Translations under genes and position numbers: made by a program
The notes under the pieces: generated by a model
What the model was told of the DNA's origin: nothing
The model's database searches: none
The model's input: only the letters and a program-made list of their open reading frames with translations
Shown: in pieces, positions 19,094 through 29,156 of the stretch
How the letters are laid out: every line of letters begins with the position of its first letter
Position numbering within the stretch: position 1 is the first letter of the stretch
Source: a virus
IMG/VR virus record: IMGVR_UViG_3300027733_000030
Coordinates: 32,001-96,000 of that record
DNA: 64,000 nucleotides
Direction: 5' to 3' (one strand)

Positions 19094-19102
19094 ATTATAG
19101 CA
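19094..19102 (-). promoter_or_regulatory. extended -10 promoter TGCTATAAT
   Basis: Perfect TGn-TATAAT on the minus strand in an intergenic gap; no clear -35. Confidence 0.5.
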
Positions 19103-19134
19103 TGGGCAGCTGGAGACTTGTATGAGATTAACAA

Positions 19135-19332
19135 TTATTTGATCGTTGCTGCACTTTCGGGATCGCCAACTTTTGTTGCGACGAGACCTTTAACGACACT
19201 TATTGCTGCTGCAACAGCTGCTGTAGCTGCTGACTTAATTTCGTCAACACCACCAACTGTATAGACTGCAATAAAAGCTTGTGCTGCTGTCCAAATAGCT
19301 CTTTCTAAAATATCTTTTTGTAATTTATTCAT
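19135..19332 (-). CDS. holin (r1t-like, actinophage type)
   Basis: KDILERAIWTAAQAFIAV...AAVAAAISVVKGL. Confidence 0.75.
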   Translation of the reverse strand: MNKLQKDILERAIWTAAQAFIAVYTVGGVDEIKSAATAAVAAAISVVKGLVATKVGDPESAATIK

Positions 19333-19342
19333 AGTACCTACC

Positions 19343-19609
19343 TTAGGAAAAATTCTTTCTAATTAGCTTCTCTATAAGAAGATGAAAAGTTAAACCTAGC
19401 CACACTCCTGTGAATATACTTCCTGTTATTTTATTCTCTGTATGTCTCCAAAAAGCTCTAGTTAATGTTTCGATCTTTTTGGACTTTATGGCATATATAT
19501 CATATGCTATAATTCCTAAAGCTAGTCCACCCCAAGCGAAAGTTCCACTCTTTTTATCCTCTTTATCAAGGACTAGGGGAGTACTAAAAAAATTAGAGAG
19601 CTTGCGCAG
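19343..19609 (-). CDS. 88-aa two-TM membrane protein with probable CTG start (not in ORF track)
   Basis: Stop-free frame: ...AWGGLALGIIAYDIYAI...ETLTRAFWRH...GVWLGLTFHLLIEK*; no ATG/GTG/TTG near the 5' end; GGAG lies 6 nt before a CTG. Confidence 0.6.
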   Translation of the reverse strand: MRKLSNFFSTPLVLDKEDKKSGTFAWGGLALGIIAYDIYAIKSKKIETLTRAFWRHTENKITGSIFTGVWLGLTFHLLIEKLIRKNFS

Positions 19610-20222
19610 AAGCTACTCCAAACCACTGCTTGACTTTTTTGCGACCGTAATCACTCGGATCATTAGCTTGACCAAAGGTAGTTGGGAATGCCTTTACGCT
19701 TGCAACGCCATGAAACTCAGTAGGCTGGAAGAAACCGAAAGACGAGGGAGCTCCCTGCGCTTCCGTTCTTTGACCGTGACCGGTATTACTGAATATGTTG
19801 GCGGATGTAACACCGTCGAAAATATAATTATTGTAGAACGAGTAAGTAGTAACTCTTCCTGATTCGTGACCAAATATTGACGGGAATGCCTTGGCGCCAG
19901 TTAGACCCTTGAATTCCATTGGTCTAAATCTTGAACCTTCGTAATGTGCACCGTCCTGGAATAAACCAGCTAATGGATGAATGTACAGAGTGGTGCCATT
20001 AAACACCTGTGATAGGAATCTATTACCAGGACGATTACCAGTACCAGGAATATTATGATTATCAGGAGCGCCATCTAGAACATGGCTTGTGCTATATAAC
20101 GGATAAAAAGAATAAGTGCCAGTGCCCTTAGCTTTTCCTGTCATTGATGTATATGGATTGACCATTCCAGCAGTGGTTCTACCCTTTAAAACTGGTCTAG
20201 GTCCTACGTAAAAAGTGGCCAT
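19593..20222 (-). CDS. Gly/Phe-rich hypothetical protein with an internal repeat, probably virion-associated
   Basis: FRPMEFKGLTGAKAFPSIFG vs FQPTEFHGVASVKAFPTTFG; AAGGAG SD. Confidence 0.75.
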   Translation of the reverse strand: MATFYVGPRPVLKGRTTAGMVNPYTSMTGKAKGTGTYSFYPLYSTSHVLDGAPDNHNIPGTGNRPGNRFLSQVFNGTTLYIHPLAGLFQDGAHYEGSRFRPMEFKGLTGAKAFPSIFGHESGRVTTYSFYNNYIFDGVTSANIFSNTGHGQRTEAQGAPSSFGFFQPTEFHGVASVKAFPTTFGQANDPSDYGRKKVKQWFGVASAQAL

Positions 20223-20284
20223 TTATTTTCTCCTTATGAAAACTACGTGACTTTATAGTACAGAAAAATTTGCTTTTTTAAACA

Positions 20285-21538
20285 TTACACATAATTAATA
20301 ATTAAATCAGTTAACATTGGGGCAGTTTTATCATCTAACATATTCAATGTAACTTCAATCCATACTGAATTTGAAGCTCCCGGATTACTTAAGGTATAGG
20401 TGCCAGAATCATTATAAATAACTCTATAGCTAAAAGCGCTATTTATGAGGCTTGAGGGAACATTATATATTTTAGCAGTGACGTTAGTCACATCTGTTAT
20501 TACATCACCATCCGGGGCTGTAAATTTAATTATTGTTCTACCACTAGATAGGAACTTTTCATATCTAATATCTAAATCAGATAATCCATAAGTATATATA
20601 AATTTTCCAAGTTCGGTAAAATAATTTCTTTGAACAAACTTAATTCTTATTGCGGTCATATCAGTATCAGGAAATACAAATGCCACTGGTGGACAGTTTC
20701 GTATGGTGTCTGAGCCAGACGTAGACCAACCTCCCGGTGGAACCTTTCCGATTGCTTCTGATACTCCATCATAATATGATTTTTTATTTAAAGAAGTCCA
20801 ACCATCAGAATCAGCTAAAGCCGGATTCTGCTTAGAGGTATATTCAATACTAAATAAATCAACACCAAATGCTGGGTATGGATTAAGTTTAATGGTATTA
20901 GTTTTCAATGATCCAGCAGCCTCTGCAGGTATTTTGACATAGAGCATCATTTGCGCTCCGGCCATAGATGATGACTCAACTATTACATTTCTTTTCCAAA
21001 CTTTATCTGGGGCATCGAGAATAGCATTGTAGATTGGGGTGGTATCAATGACTGCACCATTTCCATCTACCCCAGCAAAGGCTGTGTCTATTTTAGCCTT
21101 AAAGAAATCGGGTACTATTTGGCCCACAGATGGACTAGTAAACTTTAACTTTGAAAATGAACCACTGGATATCTTTGGTAAAGTAATGGTATTGTATATT
21201 GGATCAAAACTCAAAAGTTCTGTACCTGCCACAGCAAAAGAAGAACCAACTAGAGTTGAATAATCTATTTGGCTAAAGGAATGTAAGGAGATTGTGTTTG
21301 AGGCAGCTTCTAGTGCGCTTACTCTATTGGTAAGATCTTCTACAGCTGACGATAAAAATTTATGATCTTTAATTACTCTCTCAAAAGCTTGAGATAATTT
21401 ATTGTCAATAATATTAGATTTATTATAAAGATAAACTAAATCTTTGTAATTTTCTTCTATTCTTTCGTTATAATCGGAACTTTGAACAGGACCATTATAT
21501 TGATAATCTCTTTTTTTAGTATTAAGTATGTCAGCCAT
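20285..21538 (-). CDS. baseplate/tail structural protein (paralog family)
   Basis: ORF track; helical N-terminus, beta-sandwich region, C-terminal TAPMLTDLII. Confidence 0.6.
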   Translation of the reverse strand: MADILNTKKRDYQYNGPVQSSDYNERIEENYKDLVYLYNKSNIIDNKLSQAFERVIKDHKFLSSAVEDLTNRVSALEAASNTISLHSFSQIDYSTLVGSSFAVAGTELLSFDPIYNTITLPKISSGSFSKLKFTSPSVGQIVPDFFKAKIDTAFAGVDGNGAVIDTTPIYNAILDAPDKVWKRNVIVESSSMAGAQMMLYVKIPAEAAGSLKTNTIKLNPYPAFGVDLFSIEYTSKQNPALADSDGWTSLNKKSYYDGVSEAIGKVPPGGWSTSGSDTIRNCPPVAFVFPDTDMTAIRIKFVQRNYFTELGKFIYTYGLSDLDIRYEKFLSSGRTIIKFTAPDGDVITDVTNVTAKIYNVPSSLINSAFSYRVIYNDSGTYTLSNPGASNSVWIEVTLNMLDDKTAPMLTDLIINYV

Positions 21539-21539
21539 A

Positions 21540-21935
21540 TTAATTGCCATTCTCTAATCTTTGTATTTTATTTAATAAACGAGAAAGTTTAGAACTAATT
21601 TTATTCATTATATCTATTTCTAAATTTTCTTCCACTGAACCATCTTTATCTATAAAAATATTTACATTGTCTATTGAGTAACTCAATCCATCATTAAGAT
21701 TGACAGTGTTAGTAACGTCAGTAATATTCCCAATTAAATAAGTTAATTTATTTAAAATACTTATATCGATTAATTCTAGTTCATTTAATATTCTGTTTAA
21801 ATCTAACTGCAAAAAATTAGTCTCTAAATTTTCAGATTGACTTTCCCTGGTTCCCCTAAATCTTACTCTATTAACTTGAAATAAAGGTTCTCTAATTCTT
21901 TTGGTAATTTTTGAATTATTATAAATTGTACTCAT
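21540..21935 (-). CDS. hypothetical coiled-coil structural protein
   Basis: ORF track; start refined to MSTI after GAGGA. Confidence 0.6.
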   Translation of the reverse strand: MSTIYNNSKITKRIREPLFQVNRVRFRGTRESQSENLETNFLQLDLNRILNELELIDISILNKLTYLIGNITDVTNTVNLNDGLSYSIDNVNIFIDKDGSVEENLEIDIMNKISSKLSRLLNKIQRLENGN

Positions 21936-21946
21936 TATTCCTCTTA

Positions 21947-24079
21947 TCAACTATCATTATGTTTGAATTTAATTCTAATAGAATCTATTAAAGGTGTTTG
22001 AAGTGGGTTTTCATACCTAACCAAATCGGCGCGGTATCTTATGGCAGTAACAGTGTCAGACACATTGGAATAATACCGCAATAAAGATTTTCCAGAAATT
22101 TCTCTTGAAGATAGAATTTCTCTTCTGCCATAGAAGTTGTCTATTGTAAATAGATTGGCACTTATATCTATTCTTCTTCGGAATTCCATCGGGTCTAAAT
22201 ACGAGAAATAATCTAAGAACATGGTTCCATATTCAATGAGATTTTTATTAGACATTAAATCAAAATTAATAAGCCCAGAAAAATTCTTATCATAAGTTAT
22301 GACTATATTATTAATCCCAGTAACAAAGTTCCATTCTATAGTAGAGGAAATTACACCCGCTGGAAGGTCTGCTATAAGGCTACCATTCAAGTATACCGCT
22401 AAGTTAAAATCTTCTCTACTCTTTACGACTTTATGGGAAACTTTATATTCTTTAGTCGTCAATAATTTTGTTTCCATTAAACCAACAGTAGAGGAATAAA
22501 TTGATGGATTTATATTACTAATTTGATTTAGTATAATATTTTTATTTAATTCATTTACATCATTAAGGGAGATTTTTTCTGTCCAAATATTTAAAGATTT
22601 ATAATACTCTATATCCGTATTTGAACTTCCAGTCAATATATTGTAATGCCTATAACAATTTAAATTGCCTAGAATATATGGATCTATAAATTGATCATTA
22701 TCGTTCACTACAGTAACACGATATGCTTCCTTATCGGTATATGGAATAATCGCGGGATTTGCTTCATTAATATTATCTGGAGAATTGTTAATTGGTATAA
22801 ATCCTAATTCTTCATTTGAGACATCTATATATTTTAATTGAGCGTTAGATCCACTAAGATTAACAATTTTTTGTGCTGAATTTTCTAATGATGAACTTAG
22901 TTCAATGGGTATCCAATTGAAGTCTGCAATCTGTTCGGCATTTTCATTATCCGCTGCAACATAATACTTAATGTCTGTACCAGAAACTAATTGTTCTTTT
23001 GTTTCAATTGAAATTGAATTTATTGTTAATCTATTATTATCTGAAGTTGGGATTGAAATCGGAGCTGAAACTATTGTGGCTTCCTGATCATAATAGTCGG
23101 CATTGATTACTAGTTCCCTTATTCCAAATTTATATATATAAGGATTTGATGAATTATTTTGTATTTGATCTGGCTCAGTTTTAAAAATAGTTAATTTTAT
23201 ACTTCTATAGAAGTCAGCTGGAATATTAAAAGAAAATCTATTGTAATCTTTTTTAGAATCTTGCGATCTAAGTTGTTCTGGCTTATTATTGTCTGTGCTG
23301 GATGCGGTCATATAAATTGAACATGGCGAAGATGTCAATAATGATCCACTGATTCTTGACAAATTATAAGACAAATTTATTGGTATATCCAAAGTTAGAA
23401 CTACGACAGATGGTTGTGGCGCACTATATGTATATGACCAATAAGTATCATTTAATCCATCAAAAACAGATTCAAAATTTTGTATATCAACATTATTGAC
23501 AACAGATTGATTATTTGACAAAACACTATATTTTGCATTTGAAGAGGTTATATTATTAGTAGTAAGGGCATTTGAAATGCTATTAGTTATTTTTGGTATA
23601 CTAACATTATTATTTAGTATATCAACATAGGCGGACGTTATATTCATGTCAATTTTATCTAAGTTAGAGAAACTTTCTAAATAAGAATAAAAGTATCCAT
23701 CTGAATTTGAATTCGCAAATAATAGATCATCTATTTTATTTTCTAATATTTTTCTTTTACTTTTTAGATTATCTAATTTATTATTTAAAGATGTAACAAT
23801 AGAAAATACTTCTTGGTTGTTTTCTACGATACAATCATATAGAACCTCTACATTAAGAAGAGTGTTAGCCATTAATTCATTTATCAAATTAACATCTGTT
23901 TTTGCAACAATATCTAATTTTGTATAATCTAAAGGAATTGGTTGACCAAATTGATAAACAGAAAAATATTCTCCAAATAATTTTCTTATTTCTTTTTCCG
24001 AAGGTTTTCTTCCTTGGGAATAAAGTAATTTATATATATTACCTAGAAATTTTCTTTTTTGAATAGATGATATATTCAT
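21947..24079 (-). CDS. baseplate/tail structural protein (paralog family)
   Basis: 710 aa; VFDGLNDTYW discoidin-like motif; C-terminal QTPLIDSIRI. Confidence 0.6.
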   Translation of the reverse strand: MNISSIQKRKFLGNIYKLLYSQGRKPSEKEIRKLFGEYFSVYQFGQPIPLDYTKLDIVAKTDVNLINELMANTLLNVEVLYDCIVENNQEVFSIVTSLNNKLDNLKSKRKILENKIDDLLFANSNSDGYFYSYLESFSNLDKIDMNITSAYVDILNNNVSIPKITNSISNALTTNNITSSNAKYSVLSNNQSVVNNVDIQNFESVFDGLNDTYWSYTYSAPQPSVVVLTLDIPINLSYNLSRISGSLLTSSPCSIYMTASSTDNNKPEQLRSQDSKKDYNRFSFNIPADFYRSIKLTIFKTEPDQIQNNSSNPYIYKFGIRELVINADYYDQEATIVSAPISIPTSDNNRLTINSISIETKEQLVSGTDIKYYVAADNENAEQIADFNWIPIELSSSLENSAQKIVNLSGSNAQLKYIDVSNEELGFIPINNSPDNINEANPAIIPYTDKEAYRVTVVNDNDQFIDPYILGNLNCYRHYNILTGSSNTDIEYYKSLNIWTEKISLNDVNELNKNIILNQISNINPSIYSSTVGLMETKLLTTKEYKVSHKVVKSREDFNLAVYLNGSLIADLPAGVISSTIEWNFVTGINNIVITYDKNFSGLINFDLMSNKNLIEYGTMFLDYFSYLDPMEFRRRIDISANLFTIDNFYGRREILSSREISGKSLLRYYSNVSDTVTAIRYRADLVRYENPLQTPLIDSIRIKFKHNDS

Positions 24080-26514
24080 TACTTTTTTACCTTTGCTATT
24101 AGCTCATAAGAATAAATTAATGGAGTTATATTTGTATCTTTATTTTTTATAATTTCTATTTTAACATAAATTTTATTCACAATACTGGGAACTTCAGGAC
24201 TATTTAAGTAAGCTACACCTGGAAGTTGATATGATTCAGATATATTTTTATTAAATGCAACCACTTCTGCTATACCTTGATTGTCTAATTGAACTGGAGA
24301 AATTTTTATCCAATTACTTCCATCCGCAGAAATATAATAGTTAATATTTATCTTATTCGAAAAAGTATTATCAATGCTAGTATCTGCTGACAACATTATG
24401 GTTTCCACGGGAGAGTCAAAAAGATATGGTGTAGAAACTATTTCTGCTTGATCAGCGTAAGTTTCATAGGTAACGTTTACGTCCCTTATTCCTATTGCTA
24501 GTCTTTTTGCTCTATACATTTCTGTTTGAGTTGAGATTGGAACTAATTTTTCCCAACTCCTAGAAGGACCAGTGTAAGTTATGTGTTCAAGATTTGGATT
24601 AGTGATAGTTATTTTAGTGTGATTTAAATCCCCCAAAATAAGGACATTAGTTCTTAGTATATTTGTAATAGTACCAGGTAGTGGTGCTGTTCCACCAGTG
24701 ACTCTATACTTAACGCTATCTGCACTAAGGATCTGAATTACCTCGACAGAATCAGGAGATCCTCCAAATAATTTACCAGTTCCGTTTGTTGCCGTAATGA
24801 GGGCATCTGCTTCAAGATCAGTTACATCTGTCATTCCCTGTATGGTAGCTATCCATGGGCCAGTTCCAGAGACAGAGGTTACTGTACCAGTAGTGCTTAT
24901 TGGAATACTTAATCTATTAATGAATGAAGTGACACCTTGATAGTCTTGACTAGCGTCATTTTCTGATTGAAAATATTTAGCTGGTCTGGTATCTGCATCG
25001 TTGGGTGACGGTTCAAAATTTGGTTCACCTGTCCATTCCATCCCATCGTCAGGATGATCTAGATCAGTTATCCAATTTAAGAAATATTTTTTTTCACCAT
25101 CAACATTAAAAGTTACGATATAAGCAGAATAGGTGACTGCTTTTTTCTTTAATTTCACTTTGACTGATTTAGTAATCTTTGTATTTGATTTAAATTCATT
25201 AGGCTTACTTAAGAGAGGGATTATATTATTTCTATTATATTGAATTTCCTCATAAATTTCTCTACTTAAAATATCTGGATTAAATCTAGATAATCCATAA
25301 AATGGACTATCTTTGTCTTCATTTTCAGAATAGTCAGGTTTCCAGTATACATGCTTTATGTCTATATCCTGTATCGAAGTTTGCTCAAAAGTTACTTCAA
25401 TCTTAAGTATTTTTCTTTCAGAAAATTTAATTGTAGCTTTATTGTAAAAATAGTTTTGTGCCATCTCAACAGTTAAGGGAGCAAAAGAAGATCCTATAAA
25501 GATTGACTTTTCTAAAATATTCTCTGAAGTTCCATCTTCTTTAAATAGTTTAATTTCATTAACTTTAACAAAGTTAGATGAACCAAAGTATGGAACAATG
25601 TCTATGGAATTAGCTTTAGTTGCAGTATTGGATTCCATTGATAGAGTTAATGTCAATGGTTTGGTGATATCGTAGGCAGACCAATTAGTCAATGTGCCCC
25701 TACCTTGATTGATGTCTACTGTTGAACCGGTAAGATAAGAGAATTCATTATCAGATACTCCGTTTTTATTTACGGGACCATTATTTCGATCAACATTCAA
25801 TGCCTCGTATTCAAAGTACGTTAAAGGATTCGAATCCATTACAGCACTTATGGAGCCGATTGTTGGATTGGACTCAAATATATATCTATATGCAGACGTC
25901 CCATCTGCATTATCTGCCCTAATGACTTGATGATTATTGCCCATGAATCCATTAGAAGTGGTCATACTGATTCGCGTTGGCTGCCATGAACGAGATTTAG
26001 CTATTGGAAGAGAAAAGATACCATTATATATATGTGGATTAGAATTAATCTTAACTTTATTAAAATCTACTTGGTCGGCATTATCAAATGAATCGCCTAA
26101 ATAAACTACATCGTTCGATGGACTCTTTGTATACATCTGCAAAATTTTTGCTTTTGAAGCTATTCTTTCCGCATACTTTTTTTCATTTTCTATTTCACTA
26201 GAAAATAAATTAAATGTATTAATTGTTTTAGCAACTAAATAGTCTACATGCTTTGAGATAACATTCATGTCCTTTGCTAAATCCTGAGAAAATTTATTCA
26301 ATTTAGAGGATACAGGTGGTTCACCTTTTATGTAGGGATCAAACTTACTCATTGGACCAGAAATATTTTCATATATTTCTGACAAAAGTTGATTATATTT
26401 TTCCATTCTTTCTTGATTTGTTTTAAAAGAATTTGTTTTTTCTAAAATCATAAAATCTCTAATCTTCAAAAAGATTTGATCATATGCCATTAGGTTAGAG
26501 GAGACTTGTGCCAT
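24079..26514 (-). CDS. baseplate/tail structural protein (paralog family)
   Basis: VMDSNPLTYF; inserted Thr/Gly-rich module; C-terminal ITPLIYSYEL. Confidence 0.6.
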   Translation of the reverse strand: MAQVSSNLMAYDQIFLKIRDFMILEKTNSFKTNQERMEKYNQLLSEIYENISGPMSKFDPYIKGEPPVSSKLNKFSQDLAKDMNVISKHVDYLVAKTINTFNLFSSEIENEKKYAERIASKAKILQMYTKSPSNDVVYLGDSFDNADQVDFNKVKINSNPHIYNGIFSLPIAKSRSWQPTRISMTTSNGFMGNNHQVIRADNADGTSAYRYIFESNPTIGSISAVMDSNPLTYFEYEALNVDRNNGPVNKNGVSDNEFSYLTGSTVDINQGRGTLTNWSAYDITKPLTLTLSMESNTATKANSIDIVPYFGSSNFVKVNEIKLFKEDGTSENILEKSIFIGSSFAPLTVEMAQNYFYNKATIKFSERKILKIEVTFEQTSIQDIDIKHVYWKPDYSENEDKDSPFYGLSRFNPDILSREIYEEIQYNRNNIIPLLSKPNEFKSNTKITKSVKVKLKKKAVTYSAYIVTFNVDGEKKYFLNWITDLDHPDDGMEWTGEPNFEPSPNDADTRPAKYFQSENDASQDYQGVTSFINRLSIPISTTGTVTSVSGTGPWIATIQGMTDVTDLEADALITATNGTGKLFGGSPDSVEVIQILSADSVKYRVTGGTAPLPGTITNILRTNVLILGDLNHTKITITNPNLEHITYTGPSRSWEKLVPISTQTEMYRAKRLAIGIRDVNVTYETYADQAEIVSTPYLFDSPVETIMLSADTSIDNTFSNKININYYISADGSNWIKISPVQLDNQGIAEVVAFNKNISESYQLPGVAYLNSPEVPSIVNKIYVKIEIIKNKDTNITPLIYSYELIAKVKK

Positions 26515-26525
26515 AATATTTCCTA

Positions 26526-29156
26526 TCAACTATTCTTAGCTATTGATGTTAATTTGTCATAATTCGAATCAAAAGTTGCTGTTTTGATTTTTAACAGCAC
26601 TGAGTCAGCTTTAGCGGGGATATCCAAGTGAGGGACATTCTTTCTCATTATTAATCTGAATCGTAAATTATAAGGAACATATTCATAAAAAACTTTAAAG
26701 GCGGAATTGATAACCTTATTGAAGGTAATATTTTTTCCATTTTGAATGAATAAAGTTAAGTTGGTATCATAAAATGTTGCACTATATTGAGTATTCGTAT
26801 AGTTTGTCATATTAACTGCATACGTTCCATCTGACAATAAAATTTTAACAGGACTATATCCAGTTCCTGCTCCCCTAAATGTAGTTCCTATAGTGGAGCC
26901 ATACGTACAATTGTTTAGATATGTTTCATTTATATATGGAATATATTCTAAATTAATAGACCTATTTGAATCAGTTTTAGTAAACTGCTGTCCTGGACCA
27001 GAATTATTTCCGTAGTTTTTTGTTATATCTTCATATAGATTATATTTAATAAAATCTATTTCGTATGGATTATATGTTATGGTATCTAACGTATAAGAGA
27101 CACAAAAAATACTTGAGGGTACAAAAATAGATCTATCTATTATAGATATTTTATTTGAAGTTGAATTGAATGAGTATTCAGATGGATTGCATCTTAAGCC
27201 ATCTTTATAAAGAGTAACCGATCCATTTAAGGCTCTAAATCTTAATTGTGCAGAAAAATCTGTTGTATCAAAAAATGCGATCTCAGAGTCAATTGCTGCG
27301 TCTGAGTTTAAGGCCATAGGAACCCAGTCTGATTCCATGTTTGGAGTTTCTTTGTTCGATATTGAAAGTTCATAAGATAATAAAGTATTTAAATTTAGAT
27401 TGGGCATTGCGGTACTGGTAGAACCTTTGAGTACCTCGGCGCGTCCCTTAACAGCTAATACTTGTCCATTCATAGGAATTTTTCTACTCACGAAACATGA
27501 TTTGTTTAAGCTTGATGAAGTGGATTCTAAAAATTCTATTGACTTTAAAGAAAAAATATATTCATAAGAATCTTCAGATTCCTTAGTTAAAAGATCCACT
27601 ATAGCGTCTTGCGATGTGCCAAATGATCGGGACTGTTCATAGAATTGATATTTCTGATCTGACAAATTGTTGCTACTACCCTGTAACATAGATCCCGGAT
27701 AGGCTAGTGTTTGTTGTGGATTTTTAGTCATGGATGATTCTATGAAATAATTAGAATAAATATTAGAATAATTTGTATCTAAATTGGATATTATATTATA
27801 AAAAAGATTTTTAAATATTGGAGAACCAAATAATTTATTTCTATCTTCTAAATCAATATTACTTGCTTTAAACATTTCATTAGAAATCATCTTAGAATAA
27901 TCATTAAGATCTACAGGAAACCTATAACTATAATATTCATTGTCCATATTAAAATTTTTAGATAAACCATTAACGGTATTATTTCTCTTAAAATGCCAAT
28001 AGACTAAGTCTTGCATTAAACTAAATTTTTTACTTCTCTCATTTAATCTTTCGTTAATAAATGATTGAATCATTTTTGAGTTTAATTCAGAAGTTATTGG
28101 TGTTGTTTTAGTTCTAATATAAGATGATTGATTAAATATAAATATAAATTTATTAATTATTTTTTTCTCAAAAGATATTTCTAATCTTGAATCAAGCATA
28201 CTTGGAGCTGATAATAATAGATTATATGACTCTGCGGTATTTGAATTTGAAGATGGCGTATTAGGAGGATTAAACGCAACAATCTGTAGGAGTTGTAACC
28301 CATTTCCCAAATTTGGATTTATCCTTATTGTGTCAATGTTAATAGGAGAAGTAAATTCTACTTCAACAGCTGTTTGTGCTCCGTTTATATTGCTATAATT
28401 ATAATTTAAATATTTTAAATAATTAATTATATTTGAAGTTAAAACTATTGGACTTTTAATAGTTAGATTCCAAGAATCTTTTAGATTATCATTAAATAAA
28501 TTATTAAAATCACTATCAGTAGTTATATAATTGCCATAATTTGAAACTGTCTTAATTGATTTAATATTATTAATTACATTTTTATTAGTATAATAATTCC
28601 CCATTTTAAGCATTCCGCTAACAGTATCTACGAAATAATTCCCACCGTCAACAAATGCAGTATTATCTCTGTCCGGAATAGCGAAATTAGAACCATCGTA
28701 AGAGTAATCATATAAATTATTATCAAATTTTTCAATATAATTGCTATTATATAAATCGTCCTTGCCAGAAATATATTCGTAATTATTAATAAATATTTCT
28801 AAATCATTTATATCTTTTTCAATTTTTTCTATCTCAGAAGAAAGAACATCAACTATTGAATCTAGGGCTAGGCCAGCTGAATTGGCACCTGAATATAGAT
28901 TACTTAATCGTAATGAAGAATCTCTAAATAATTCTACTAGAACTTCTTTATTTAGAGGGGTCAAGGTTCCAATAACTGAAGCTGCAAAATTATTCCCAAC
29001 AGAGAAAGCTGACAATCTACTTATTAGAGAACCAATTTCAATTTTGTCGATTTTCATGTTTTTAATTAAAGAAGTTACAGTAGTTTTGCTCAAACTAGAA
29101 AATGAATTAATTGTATCAGGTAGTTCTCTTAGCATCTCAGTTCCAACTGTTTCCAT
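26526..29156 (-). CDS. baseplate/tail structural protein (paralog family)
   Basis: 876 aa; LFNDNLKDSW...IDTIRINP. Confidence 0.6.
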   Translation of the reverse strand: METVGTEMLRELPDTINSFSSLSKTTVTSLIKNMKIDKIEIGSLISRLSAFSVGNNFAASVIGTLTPLNKEVLVELFRDSSLRLSNLYSGANSAGLALDSIVDVLSSEIEKIEKDINDLEIFINNYEYISGKDDLYNSNYIEKFDNNLYDYSYDGSNFAIPDRDNTAFVDGGNYFVDTVSGMLKMGNYYTNKNVINNIKSIKTVSNYGNYITTDSDFNNLFNDNLKDSWNLTIKSPIVLTSNIINYLKYLNYNYSNINGAQTAVEVEFTSPINIDTIRINPNLGNGLQLLQIVAFNPPNTPSSNSNTAESYNLLLSAPSMLDSRLEISFEKKIINKFIFIFNQSSYIRTKTTPITSELNSKMIQSFINERLNERSKKFSLMQDLVYWHFKRNNTVNGLSKNFNMDNEYYSYRFPVDLNDYSKMISNEMFKASNIDLEDRNKLFGSPIFKNLFYNIISNLDTNYSNIYSNYFIESSMTKNPQQTLAYPGSMLQGSSNNLSDQKYQFYEQSRSFGTSQDAIVDLLTKESEDSYEYIFSLKSIEFLESTSSSLNKSCFVSRKIPMNGQVLAVKGRAEVLKGSTSTAMPNLNLNTLLSYELSISNKETPNMESDWVPMALNSDAAIDSEIAFFDTTDFSAQLRFRALNGSVTLYKDGLRCNPSEYSFNSTSNKISIIDRSIFVPSSIFCVSYTLDTITYNPYEIDFIKYNLYEDITKNYGNNSGPGQQFTKTDSNRSINLEYIPYINETYLNNCTYGSTIGTTFRGAGTGYSPVKILLSDGTYAVNMTNYTNTQYSATFYDTNLTLFIQNGKNITFNKVINSAFKVFYEYVPYNLRFRLIMRKNVPHLDIPAKADSVLLKIKTATFDSNYDKLTSIAKNS

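Noticed and set aside
19410-19862. 150-aa plus-strand ORF
   Set aside because: Antisense to two minus-strand genes that fit the operon
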